Positions 1 to 9,253 are shown, numbered from the stretch's first letter. The stretch: DNA of 64,000 nucleotides from Verrucomicrobiaceae bacterium (GCA_024232965.1 JACKQF010000005.1:249632-313631); one strand, 5' to 3'. Notes: a model not told the origin generated them from the letters alone. Translations and numbers: made by a program.

Positions 1-49
1 CTGGAAAGCCCTACCCACCGAGAAACGCACCCAAGCTTTCGCCACCTTC

Positions 50-685
50 GTGCGCCCGAGTCTCGATGCGCCAGCGGTAGAAAAGATGGGGCTCGACCTT
101 GAGCGCCGCACCCGCTGGTTGCGCTTCAATGGAGACCTCATCCTCATGTGGCTGTTCATGGGCGTTACCGTCATGTACTGGCGTTTTGGCGATCATTGGC
201 AGACCCTTGCCGCGCTCGGGCTCCTGCTGTTTTTCATGCTCCAGCAGGCCGTCCTATTCCTCCTCGCCTCCCGCGCAAAAAACGGGGCACCCGTTCCGTG
301 GCGTTACGCCAAGGCGCTCGGCATCCTGTTCTTCCCGCCGCTTTCCATCCGCGCGGCAGACACGTTTGGCCGACTGCAAGAAACCATCCCCCATCCTCTC
401 GGTTGCCTGAAGCTCCTCAAGGAAAAAGTCTGGCAGCAGACCGCCGCAGAAATCTGGAGACACTCCCGCTTTTTACCCGGCTGGCCCACCACAACGGACG
501 GAGCAGACGCCGCCGCAATGCGCAAGTTTTTCCAGAAACACAAAATCGATATCGCAGCACTGGAGACCCCGTCGGATCGCATCCCTGCTGGCGGCATCTA
601 CTGCCCCAGATGCCACGCCACCTACCTCAAAGCGGATACACCCTGCGTCGATTGTGCCGGTGTCGAGCTAAAAACCCGCGACTAA
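50..685 (+). CDS. Hypothetical membrane protein with a C-terminal CxxC...CxxC zinc-ribbon. The frame is open back to the window start, so it is probably 5'-truncated.
   Basis: 211-aa ORF. Hydrophobic helices (LILMWLFMGVTVMYW, LGLLLFFMLQQAVLFLL). C-terminal CPRCH...CVDC motif. No stop upstream in frame back to nt 2. Confidence 0.4.
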   Translation: MRPSLDAPAVEKMGLDLERRTRWLRFNGDLILMWLFMGVTVMYWRFGDHWQTLAALGLLLFFMLQQAVLFLLASRAKNGAPVPWRYAKALGILFFPPLSIRAADTFGRLQETIPHPLGCLKLLKEKVWQQTAAEIWRHSRFLPGWPTTTDGADAAAMRKFFQKHKIDIAALETPSDRIPAGGIYCPRCHATYLKADTPCVDCAGVELKTRD

Positions 686-1086
686 GCCGCCTGCGTCGCC
701 ACCCGCTCCAGCAGTAATCCGTGCGGCACGAAGCGCTCGAAATCCGCGATGTTCCGTGTCGCCACCCGCACGCCATGCGCCATGGCACAGGCCGCGATCA
801 TGCAGTCCGGATGCGAACCACGCCTCCGGCCCGTGTAATGAAAAAGACGCGACGCCTGCTCCGCCTGCTTCTCATTGAAGTCTAGCACCCGCCCGCCGAT
901 CACGGAGGTCACCGCCGCCTTTTGCTCCTTTGAGTGCGGACCATTCAAGAATTCCGACCAAGCAACGGCACTGACCGCCAATTCCTCCCCTGCCAACAGC
1001 CAATCGCGGACCACGGCAATGTGGGGGGAACCGACCGTCACCAGGTCGATGAGAAGGTTGGTATCGAGGTGGATCATGCCTCCCAC
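682..1086 (-). CDS. vapC: PIN-domain ribonuclease toxin, VapC-like
   Basis: 134 aa. N-terminal 'IHLDTNLLIDL' acidic PIN motif. Length and conserved D residues are typical of VapC. Overlaps the upstream small antitoxin-like ORF by 13 nt. Confidence 0.7.
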   Translation of the reverse strand: MGGMIHLDTNLLIDLVTVGSPHIAVVRDWLLAGEELAVSAVAWSEFLNGPHSKEQKAAVTSVIGGRVLDFNEKQAEQASRLFHYTGRRRGSHPDCMIAACAMAHGVRVATRNIADFERFVPHGLLLERVATQAA

Positions 1087-1355
1087 CAGTTGCGCTTGGC
1101 CTCACGCTCAGCGCGCACTTCTTCACGGAAAGCATCCGCATCCTGCACGGTCATCCCGCCGCCGTTTTGCAGCCAATCGAGAGCCTCAAGAGGTTTGGGG
1201 CAATGGTCTTTCATATCTTCTGCCTCCTTCAACTGCCGCACCGCCCGTCGCATGACCTCAGCCTTCGGAACGCCCCATTTCTGGGAAAGCGTATCGAGCA
1301 CCCCAAGGGTGAACTGATCCAAAGCCATACTGGTTCGAGTAAGCGCATAAGTCAT
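1074..1355 (-). CDS. vapB: Antitoxin, ribbon-helix-helix/CopG-like VapB partner
   Basis: 93-aa ORF immediately upstream of and overlapping the PIN gene. Small, charged, with a 'RRAVRQLKEAED' RHH-like segment. Classic toxin-antitoxin arrangement. Confidence 0.55.
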   Translation of the reverse strand: MTYALTRTSMALDQFTLGVLDTLSQKWGVPKAEVMRRAVRQLKEAEDMKDHCPKPLEALDWLQNGGGMTVQDADAFREEVRAEREAKRNWWEA

Positions 1356-1398
1356 GTGGTAACTTGTTACCTCAATTCATCCCTCCTTCAACTGTTTT

Positions 1399-2985
1399 TT
1401 ACTCCCTCCCCAAGTGTCCCGAGACCCGCGATTCCACAAACACCGCCTGCAAAACATCGCCCTGCCCACCCGGAGGAGCCCAGATCGTCAGCAACTGCGG
1501 AGAGCCCTTCCGAGTCGTCACCGAGGACTTCAACTCATTGCCCGGGTTTCCCCCGACACGGAGAACGCTGTCCAGATCCACACTGACTCCATCCGCGCCC
1601 ACCACTGGCCGCACCGTCCAAGACAATCCTGATTCCGGATCTTGGTTGCCGGTAGCCACGGTCGCCGCCAGACCACTCAGGCCTTCCAGCCAGGCACACG
1701 ACACCCATCGGGCATCACCCCTCATGACCCGCTGCAAAAGGGCACCCCACAACTTCTGCTGCCCTGTCACAGGCGATGCATCCCGTTCCAACCGCCGGAA
1801 CTCGGCCGCACTGGTCTCGATGGTGGAAAGATGCAGGCTGATCACCAGCGGCGGTTCCCAGCCGCCGCTGCCCACCCAAGCCTCCACAAGGTCCAAGTTT
1901 TTCGGCCAATTCCTGACCACCAGATAATGGGAGTCGGGAAGCAGGCAGGCATCGCTGCCGACCGGGAACTGGATGCCCTGTTCCATCAGTATTTTCATCA
2001 CTGTGGGAAGGGCGCTATTTCCCGACCTTCCTTCGCTCGGCGACCGCTCGCCCAAGACAAGGAAATCTGGGGGCACCAGGAAACGGCGGAGCTCCATCCC
2101 TGCGGATTCCCTCGGCGCAACGGTGGCGGGCGGCGGCGAAAGTGATTCCCCCGCCACCGCCAACCACTTTTCGAGCAATGGATCTGGCGCTGCAAATGGC
2201 GACACCACTCCGACGGTCAGAAAGATAGCGACACACCTTCCCTTCGAGGCAGGCCAAAGTCCCGCCAAACGTGGTCGCCCAAGCCAAACCAAGGCATCCG
2301 TGGTGAACTCCCCGCCGCCCGGGTCCAGGCCAACCCATAGGCGAGAGCTAACTGTCTCCCGATCACTCGAAAGGATGGGCTCAAGCTCACACTGCAACCG
2401 CTGCTGACCATCCATGATCACTGAGGCCGAATCCGCAGCCACACGTTTTCCGCTCGGCGTCTGGACATCCACAGACGCGACGACACGCGCTCTACCCACT
2501 TTCGACTCATCCTGCAGGGCATCCCTAATCCGGGAATGATCGGCCTCTTCGACGCGGTCTTGGAAAAACTTGGCGGAGGCCTCCACTGCTTCCACCTTGC
2601 AATTCAAGACGGTCGGCTTTGCCCGCAAAAAATCGTCCGCAAACTGCTGCATCACGCACTGGGCAGCGATGGTCGTCCTGACGGTCAACTGATCCCGCTG
2701 CGGACTGGCCAGCATCAACGTCCCAGCAGGCAGTTGGATTGACCTTGCCTCAAAAAACCGCAGCCCAGCTTGGCTCGATTTTGCGATGGTAGCCTGCATC
2801 GCGTCCTGCGACGCACCCAGCGCTGGCGCGACCGGGAACACCTTCTTCAAGACTCCGCCAGGCACCCTGAAAGTCGCGATGGACCACTCAGAAAAGGGAT
2901 CCACCACCGCACTGCTGTTGATTCCGCCAGCGAGGCAGATTCCCCACGGGATCAGGAGCAGGCAGGCCGGAAGGGTGCGCTTCAT
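1399..2985 (-). CDS. Secreted protein of unknown function, paralog A of a tandem pair (secretin-N/STN-like motif?)
   Basis: 528 aa. Signal peptide MKRTLPACLLLIPWGICLAGG. Shares blocks with the upstream ORF (LRRFLVPPDF / LRRFRVSPDF, LVVRNWPKNLDLVEAWV / LVVQNTPENLDLVDAYLEW, LQAVFVESRV / LQAVFLEARI). ATGA start/stop overlap with the upstream gene. Confidence 0.6.
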   Translation of the reverse strand: MKRTLPACLLLIPWGICLAGGINSSAVVDPFSEWSIATFRVPGGVLKKVFPVAPALGASQDAMQATIAKSSQAGLRFFEARSIQLPAGTLMLASPQRDQLTVRTTIAAQCVMQQFADDFLRAKPTVLNCKVEAVEASAKFFQDRVEEADHSRIRDALQDESKVGRARVVASVDVQTPSGKRVAADSASVIMDGQQRLQCELEPILSSDRETVSSRLWVGLDPGGGEFTTDALVWLGRPRLAGLWPASKGRCVAIFLTVGVVSPFAAPDPLLEKWLAVAGESLSPPPATVAPRESAGMELRRFLVPPDFLVLGERSPSEGRSGNSALPTVMKILMEQGIQFPVGSDACLLPDSHYLVVRNWPKNLDLVEAWVGSGGWEPPLVISLHLSTIETSAAEFRRLERDASPVTGQQKLWGALLQRVMRGDARWVSCAWLEGLSGLAATVATGNQDPESGLSWTVRPVVGADGVSVDLDSVLRVGGNPGNELKSSVTTRKGSPQLLTIWAPPGGQGDVLQAVFVESRVSGHLGRE

Positions 2986-4745
2986 TTTTGATCCTCAGCA
3001 AAACGCACGATCCGGGCCTCCAGAAACACCGCCTGGAGCCGATCCTGGCCAACTCCCTCTGGCTTCCAGAGCCCCAGAAAGCGTTTCATTCCACTCAGAA
3101 CCGTCAGCGATGTTTTGAGCGTTGACTGACTGACCCGCATCGCCTGACCAAAGGTGTTCACCGCCAAATTCAGGTCCAGGTTTCGACCATCAGCACCCAA
3201 GATCGGGTCAATCTCCCAGCTCAATCCAGAAGCAAAATTCCCGAGGTTCCAAGACTCATCCAGCCGATGGGGCTTCTTCACCTCTCCACTACCGAAAGCG
3301 ACCCGAGCTCCACTCTGGGTCATCGCCCAAGAAGATTGAACCACGCCCCCGCTGCCATTAGCCGCAGCATTCAGCAGTGATTCCAGCAGTTTCCCCTGGT
3401 CGGCCCCAGCCGGGGACTGGCGCTCCATGTCACGCAGCGTCTTGGCATCTCCCTCAATCACATGCAGAATCAGAGCAATGTCTCTTGGCGAATTGGTGTC
3501 ACCCCACTCCAAGTAAGCGTCCACCAAATCCAAATTCTCGGGTGTATTCTGCACCACCAGCAATCGCGACATGGGTGCCAGCAGCGCAAAGGCACCCTCA
3601 GGAAAAGTGATTCCCTGCGCAGCTAGGATTTCCTGAGGGACCCCGAACTTCTTTTCTGATGCCGCTAAAGTTGGCCCGAATGGATCAGACGACCGGTCAC
3701 CCGCAGGCATGGCGACTTGGCAAAAGTCTGGCGACACTCGAAAGCGACGCAAGGCCATGCCTTCGGGGATTTGCGCTGCGCCTACTGCCGCAGTGCCAGG
3801 TTTCGGCAGGGGGATCACGCTCGCCCCAAATTGATTCACCAGTGCCTCCGCACGACCATCCGATTGAGGGAGCACAGGCAAGATCCTCCCATTCAAAAAG
3901 GCTGCACGAACCCTGCCAAGCGGCCCCTCAGGGACAGGCCAAACATTGATCAAACGCGTCTGACCATTCCGCAATTGACAGCAGACCGTGCTGAAAGTTT
4001 GCCATCCCTCCCGCCCCTCGGCCTGCCCTGTGAAGCCGTACAAATCTAGTGCCGTTTTCACGTCAATGGACTCGTCATCGCGACCCAAGGCGGCATCAAT
4101 CTGCAACTTGAGATGCGGCGGATCTCCCGCAGCCTCACCGGCCACCGTCAGACGGATCTCCTGCCCAGACTTGCCTTCTAGCCGGGTGGAGGTGACGAAC
4201 TGGCACAAACCGGCACCACCCGGCTCGTCAAAGCGCGCCAGCAAAGGACCATGCTCTGCAAGGTCGCCCGCATCCCGCATCACCTGCTGCATAAAAGCCG
4301 CATCGACCTCAACCACATCCAAACGAAAGGCCAGGTTCCTCGGCGTGTGTGGCCACAGCGTCCGCTCCCAGGCCCGCAACAGCCCGTGGCAATGCCCCAT
4401 CGTTCGGACCACCAAGGTCGCCTGGTCGCCATCCATCACCGCCAAAGATCCCTCTGGGAGATGGATACCCTCCTCCGCCAAGGCCTGCGCCACCCGCCCA
4501 TGGTTTTGCCGCAAGATCTCCACGGTTGCTGAGGCACTCGCCTCTTTCCGGGGCATTTCCGGATTCAGCCCCTCACCCGCCGCTGCCCAAAACATCGATT
4601 CCGGTGCCCGATAGCTGCGCACCGACCAGGCGTAGAGATCATCCTCCGCCTTCAATGGCCCACCGGGTATCAGGGAAATGACCCATGCAATCTGAGCAAG
4701 GATGAACGATTTCATTCCCTCCATCCTGCCACGGAACGCGTTCAA
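2982..4745 (-). CDS. Secreted protein of unknown function, paralog B of the tandem pair
   Basis: 587 aa. Hydrophobic N-terminus (MKSFILAQIAWVISLIPG). True start may be the internal Met at 4715. Collinear homology to the downstream ORF. Confidence 0.6.
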   Translation of the reverse strand: MNAFRGRMEGMKSFILAQIAWVISLIPGGPLKAEDDLYAWSVRSYRAPESMFWAAAGEGLNPEMPRKEASASATVEILRQNHGRVAQALAEEGIHLPEGSLAVMDGDQATLVVRTMGHCHGLLRAWERTLWPHTPRNLAFRLDVVEVDAAFMQQVMRDAGDLAEHGPLLARFDEPGGAGLCQFVTSTRLEGKSGQEIRLTVAGEAAGDPPHLKLQIDAALGRDDESIDVKTALDLYGFTGQAEGREGWQTFSTVCCQLRNGQTRLINVWPVPEGPLGRVRAAFLNGRILPVLPQSDGRAEALVNQFGASVIPLPKPGTAAVGAAQIPEGMALRRFRVSPDFCQVAMPAGDRSSDPFGPTLAASEKKFGVPQEILAAQGITFPEGAFALLAPMSRLLVVQNTPENLDLVDAYLEWGDTNSPRDIALILHVIEGDAKTLRDMERQSPAGADQGKLLESLLNAAANGSGGVVQSSWAMTQSGARVAFGSGEVKKPHRLDESWNLGNFASGLSWEIDPILGADGRNLDLNLAVNTFGQAMRVSQSTLKTSLTVLSGMKRFLGLWKPEGVGQDRLQAVFLEARIVRFAEDQK

Positions 4746-4775
4746 CCGACAAGACAGATCTTAGATCCTGATCCG

Positions 4776-6290
4776 TTGGTTTCTGTTATGAAGCCGCTCC
4801 TCTTTTTCGTGCTCCTTGGCAGTCTGGCCCACGCGCAGACCTCCGTGCCTGCGCCCTCCATCAAGGCCGGGTTTGCTTACCGGGACATCACCCCTGACAT
4901 CGGTGCGGAGCAACCGGGCGGCTATGGGAAGTCCTATCACAAGACGTTTCACGATGCCTGCAAGGTCCGTGCAGCGGTGTTTGACGACGGCACCAAGAAG
5001 GTCGCGATCATTGGACTGGATGCCCTTGTGGTGCCGCAAAAAGTGGTCACCGATGCCCGGGCGATCATCGCCAAAGAAACCGGCATCCCGCCGGAGGCAG
5101 TCATGGTGGGCGCCTCCCATTCCCATTCATCGGGACCGGTCGGCATGGTGCAGCCTGGCGAATTTGATGATGCCTCCGATTTGGTGAAACGACTGGCCTA
5201 CGAAGAATCTTCCTGCGCAGATCTGGGCTACCTTCTGCGGGTGACGCGAGAGATCGCCAACGCGGTCAAAGCAGCCAACAACTCGCTCGCCCCCACTTTG
5301 GTGGGCTACGGTTTTGGGACCGAAGATAAAGTGGCCTTCAATCGTCGGCTCCGCATGAAGAACGGCCAAAGCTGGAGCCATCCCGGCGCGGGAAACCCTG
5401 ACATCGTCGAATACGCCGGCCCGATTGATCCTCAGGTCGGCGTCATTGGTTCCTGGAGTCTTGAGGGCGAATTGATGGGAGTGATTGTGAACTTCTCCTG
5501 TCATGCGACGACGAATCCAGGCGGGATTTCAGCCAACTGGATCCACTATCTGGAGCAGACGATCCAAGGGGCACTCGATTCAAAGGCACCGGTGGTCTTC
5601 ATGCAGGGAGCCTGCGGGGATGTGACACAGGTGGATAACCTCAGCCCTTACCGCCGCCCTGCGCCGACAGAGTGGGCACAACTTGTCGGCGGTCGAGTGG
5701 GAGCCGAGGCGGTGCGCGTCCTCCTATCCATGCCACGCGGTGGAGAGGCTGCCGTGGACTTCCGCCAAAAGGTGCTCCCGATCCCAAGACGCGCGCCATC
5801 GGCAGCAAAGATCGCAAAAGCGAATGAGATCGTTGCCGCCGGGAGGCCCACTGGCGACACGACGGACTACCTTTTCGCCAAAGAAACGCTGATGTTAGAA
5901 TATCTGGTGAAAACCCGCCCAGTCGTGGACGTGGAGGTGCAGGCCATTCAGGTGGGAGCGGCAGTATTTGCCTCCAATCCAGCGGAATACTTCGTGCAGT
6001 ATGGCCTGGACATCAAAAAGGGCAGCCATTTCCCCTTCACCTTCCCCGTCGAACTGGCCAACGGCTTTGTGGGTTATGTGCCGACCGAAGAGGCTTTTGG
6101 TCCGAATGGCGGCGGCTACGAGACGCGGCTGACGGCCTACAGCAATCTGGAGATCACAGGCGGCACCAAGATAGCCACGGGCTGCATCGAGCTGGCCAAT
6201 GAGTTGAAGCCATCCCCCGTTCCAGAGCGCACCAAAGTTCCGTTTGGAGCCCCTTGGCGTTACGGCAATGTGCCGCCAGAGCTGGATTGA
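4776..6290 (+). CDS. Secreted neutral/alkaline ceramidase-like hydrolase
   Basis: 504 aa. Signal peptide (MKPLLFFVLLGSLAHAQ). Motifs AYRDITPDIG, GASHSHSSGP (compare the ceramidase THTHSGPGG) and GDVTQVDNLSP, collinear with Pseudomonas-type neutral ceramidase. Confidence 0.6.
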   Translation: MVSVMKPLLFFVLLGSLAHAQTSVPAPSIKAGFAYRDITPDIGAEQPGGYGKSYHKTFHDACKVRAAVFDDGTKKVAIIGLDALVVPQKVVTDARAIIAKETGIPPEAVMVGASHSHSSGPVGMVQPGEFDDASDLVKRLAYEESSCADLGYLLRVTREIANAVKAANNSLAPTLVGYGFGTEDKVAFNRRLRMKNGQSWSHPGAGNPDIVEYAGPIDPQVGVIGSWSLEGELMGVIVNFSCHATTNPGGISANWIHYLEQTIQGALDSKAPVVFMQGACGDVTQVDNLSPYRRPAPTEWAQLVGGRVGAEAVRVLLSMPRGGEAAVDFRQKVLPIPRRAPSAAKIAKANEIVAAGRPTGDTTDYLFAKETLMLEYLVKTRPVVDVEVQAIQVGAAVFASNPAEYFVQYGLDIKKGSHFPFTFPVELANGFVGYVPTEEAFGPNGGGYETRLTAYSNLEITGGTKIATGCIELANELKPSPVPERTKVPFGAPWRYGNVPPELD

Positions 6291-6362
6291 CCCCGCCCAA
6301 GTAAATCGGTTGCATGCACCCCAGTGGGTGGCATCCTGTCCGGACGTTCCCACCAATCATAC

Positions 6363-6851
6363 ATGCGCTGCCCTAAATGCGGAAGTTCCCAAGACCGGGT
6401 CATTGATTCCCGCGAGGCTCGCGACGGATACGCCATCCGCCGCCGACGGGAGTGCATGCGCTGCAACTTCCGCTTCACCACTTACGAAATCGTCGAGCGA
6501 GAAGAACTGCGCGTCGTGAAGCGCAATGGCGCACGCGAACCCTTCAACCGCGAAAAACTGATGAGCGGCCTGACCAAAGCCTGCGAAAAACGCCCCGTCC
6601 GCATGGAACAACTCGAACAGGTCGTGGACGAAATCTCCAACGAACTCGAAGAAGAAGGCTACCGCGAAATCCCCGCCAGCGTCATCGGCGCAAAAATGAT
6701 GCGCCAACTGGAGGCCATCGATCATGTCGCCTACGTCCGCTACGCCTCGGTTTACCGCCAGTTTGAGGACGTGGGGGAATTCATCAGCGAGATCAACTCC
6801 CTCGACCAGCGGCGCCCGCGCGATCCTGGCGAGCAGGAGTTATTCGGTTAA
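6363..6851 (+). CDS. nrdR: Transcriptional repressor NrdR (zinc ribbon plus ATP-cone)
   Basis: MRCPKCGSSQDRVIDSR...CMRCNFRFTTYE zinc ribbon followed by an ATP-cone (VVKRNGAREPFNREKL). Start chosen at the Met matching the canonical NrdR N-terminus. Confidence 0.85.
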   Translation: MRCPKCGSSQDRVIDSREARDGYAIRRRRECMRCNFRFTTYEIVEREELRVVKRNGAREPFNREKLMSGLTKACEKRPVRMEQLEQVVDEISNELEEEGYREIPASVIGAKMMRQLEAIDHVAYVRYASVYRQFEDVGEFISEINSLDQRRPRDPGEQELFG

Positions 6852-6867
6852 TCCCGAACCTTTTTGT

Positions 6868-7221
6868 ATGAGCGAAAAGACCATTTTCCAAAAGATCATC
6901 GACCGCGAGATCCCCGCCCCCCTCGTCTATGAGGATGAGTTTTGCGTCGCCTTCAACGACATCTCCCCACAGGCACCGATTCATGTTTTGATCGTCCCAC
7001 GCAAGGTCATCCCTCGGGTCGGAGCAGCAGAACAGGACGATCAGGCAACGCTCGGAGCCCTGCTTTTGGCAGCGGGCGCGGTAGCTCGCAAACTCGGGGT
7101 GGACTCCCGAGAAAAGGGCTTTCGTCTAGCCATCAATAACGGCGTGGACGCAGGTGAGACAGTGCCCCACCTCCATGTGCACCTTTTGGCTGGTCGGCCA
7201 TTGGATTGGCCGCCAGGCTGA
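6868..7221 (+). CDS. HIT-family (histidine triad) nucleotide hydrolase, HinT-like
   Basis: MSEKTIFQKIIDREIPA...HLHVHLL histidine triad. ATG at 6868 follows nrdR by 17 nt. Confidence 0.85.
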   Translation: MSEKTIFQKIIDREIPAPLVYEDEFCVAFNDISPQAPIHVLIVPRKVIPRVGAAEQDDQATLGALLLAAGAVARKLGVDSREKGFRLAINNGVDAGETVPHLHVHLLAGRPLDWPPG

Positions 7222-7223
7222 TA

Positions 7224-8519
7224 TCAGCCCGCGTGCGTCGGCTGCGCTGGTGCCATCATCAGTGAGCCAAACTCTGGCGGCGAAAGCGGGGATACGGCCT
7301 TGTGCAATCTGCTATCAAAGGCCACTCGGAATTTCTCGTCCCGCTCATGCACCAAGGCACGCTGTTCATCAATCAAGTCGGCAGCGCGGCGCATGTGCAT
7401 CTTGAAAGTGGCCTCATCCTTCCGTCCGAAACAAACCAAGCCCAGGTTGTAGTGGACCTCTGCCATACCAATGGCGTCCATCATGTAAGAGTCGGAGTAA
7501 ACACGCAGCACCGCCCGATAGGCGCACTGGGCATCGTCATACCGATTGGTGCGGATGCGGATCGCCGCGATCATTTTCCAAACAACGACCTGAAAGCCTG
7601 CCAGAGGCCGTTGGCTGCGCTCTGACTCGCTCAGGCAGGTCAGCAGTTGCGCCTCGGCATCATGGAATTCCTTCAGCGACATCAGGGCGGAAGCAAGGCA
7701 AATGCGGGCATCTAGGACGAGTCGGGGATTGGCTCCATTGCTGAGAATCTCGATGGTACGGCTAAACGCAGCAGCCGCCTCCCGGTGCCGCAGCGTTTGG
7801 GCGGAAAGCAATCCGTAGGCGAAGTTAAAACGAGCAAGATCCTCTGACTCTTCTTCCGACTTCGCCCGGTGAGCCAGTGCCTCAGCTTGTGCCTGCCAGG
7901 CTGATTCCCACTGCCCTTCGGCAGAAAACACCCGACTCAAATTCGCCAGCAACTCGGAGGTAATCCTCACCTCATCAGGGCACTGGCTTTTCAGTCGGGA
8001 GATCGCCTTTTCCAGCCATTCCCTGGCTTCCGAGTAGCGGTCCAAGGCCTTTAGCAAGAGAGCGTGATTATTCGAATGGCAGGCGCGACTAAGGCGGGTG
8101 TCATCGCCAGCTCGCTCAGCACGCCCTAGGGCCTCAGCGGCCAGCTTTGACAATCGGATCGCCTCCTCATAGGCGCCTTGGCTGATTGCCCTATACGCAG
8201 AGGCTTGCAGTTGGCTCAATTCCAGTTTCCAGGCGGGCTCAACCCGGGCATCACAAAAACGCGCCAATTCGTCGGCCAATGCCATCGCCGTCGATGCGGC
8301 CACACGATCCACCGCCATCTCGTTCTGAGCAGCACCGGAAGAGCGCACTCGGCCCTTGGATGGCGCGATGAAGCGAGTCTTCATCGCACCCGAGGTGAGC
8401 TGGGGCATAACGTCGGTGAGATAAGAGGATGGATCGTTCGGCGGAGGCATGCGGAAATTATAGTCGATATTAAAATATGTATTTTTGAGGTCAGATTCAA
8501 CTAACCTCAATGTATCCAA
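7224..8519 (-). CDS. Tetratricopeptide-repeat (TPR) protein
   Basis: 431 aa. Repeated A/L/Y-rich 34-residue helical repeats (EALAHRAKSEE..., AYGLLSAQTL...). Convergent with the HIT gene. Confidence 0.65.
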   Translation of the reverse strand: MDTLRLVESDLKNTYFNIDYNFRMPPPNDPSSYLTDVMPQLTSGAMKTRFIAPSKGRVRSSGAAQNEMAVDRVAASTAMALADELARFCDARVEPAWKLELSQLQASAYRAISQGAYEEAIRLSKLAAEALGRAERAGDDTRLSRACHSNNHALLLKALDRYSEAREWLEKAISRLKSQCPDEVRITSELLANLSRVFSAEGQWESAWQAQAEALAHRAKSEEESEDLARFNFAYGLLSAQTLRHREAAAAFSRTIEILSNGANPRLVLDARICLASALMSLKEFHDAEAQLLTCLSESERSQRPLAGFQVVVWKMIAAIRIRTNRYDDAQCAYRAVLRVYSDSYMMDAIGMAEVHYNLGLVCFGRKDEATFKMHMRRAADLIDEQRALVHERDEKFRVAFDSRLHKAVSPLSPPEFGSLMMAPAQPTHAG

Positions 8520-8747
8520 TCAATTATGTAAATTGATTGTCACGCAAATGATATTTCGGATTTCCTAACGTTTTTTGCGTATTCACTAATAAGAAATCAA
8601 CCCGAGCAATTGACGCGCTTTTCAAAGGCGACGCAAACGAACTGCTGCGATCCCCACCTGGACCTCCCTCTTCCGCAATTTGCGATTTTCTGTGCGAATA
8701 TTGCGTTGAATTGACATCAAATCCACGATTGCCCATGCTCTGAGGGC

Positions 8748-9248
8748 ATGAGCAGTTTCGGTCTCAGACCCAAGTTTACCCATCTCCTCGAACTTGGTGT
8801 CCAAGAAGCCCGCGACAAGATCGTGGAGAAAGTTAAGAGCGACGGTTCACGCTGCGAGGTGAAAAGTTTTCCAGGATTCGTCTGCTTACGGATCCCTGAA
8901 TCTGACCGGCACTATTGGTCTCCTCGTCTGAACCTGAGCCTGGACGCAACTGACGAAGGCCACACGGTGATTCACGGCACCTACGGCCCGAATGCGAATA
9001 TGTGGTCCTCGTTTCTCTACGGTTACCTCCTGGTAGGATCAGTGGGACTATTCTCCGGATTGCTGGGGGCCTGCCAGAATTGTCTGGGTATGACCCCATG
9101 GGGTTTGTGGGTCTTCGGCGCAATGCTGGCGATCGCCATTGGAATGTACCTCATGGCTCAGTTTGGGCAGAAGCTAGCGGCGCAGCAGACCTTTCTGCTG
9201 CACCAGATTTATGAGGCTGCCGTGGGGCAGCACGTGGAGATCCACTAA
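8748..9248 (+). CDS. Hypothetical small membrane protein
   Basis: 166 aa. Two predicted TM helices (FLYGYLLVGSVGLFSGLLGA, WGLWVFGAMLAIAIGMYLMA). Divergent from the TPR gene across an AT-rich intergenic region. Confidence 0.4.
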   Translation: MSSFGLRPKFTHLLELGVQEARDKIVEKVKSDGSRCEVKSFPGFVCLRIPESDRHYWSPRLNLSLDATDEGHTVIHGTYGPNANMWSSFLYGYLLVGSVGLFSGLLGACQNCLGMTPWGLWVFGAMLAIAIGMYLMAQFGQKLAAQQTFLLHQIYEAAVGQHVEIH

Positions 9249-9253
9249 ACAGA

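Noticed and set aside
99-717. Overlapping +-strand ORFs (99-410, 148-717) and --strand ORFs (254-463, 304-597) around the first gene
   Set aside because: They are alternative frames of the same high-GC stretch with Arg/Pro/Ser-rich nonsense translations. Only the 50-685 frame shows TM helices and a zinc-ribbon motif.
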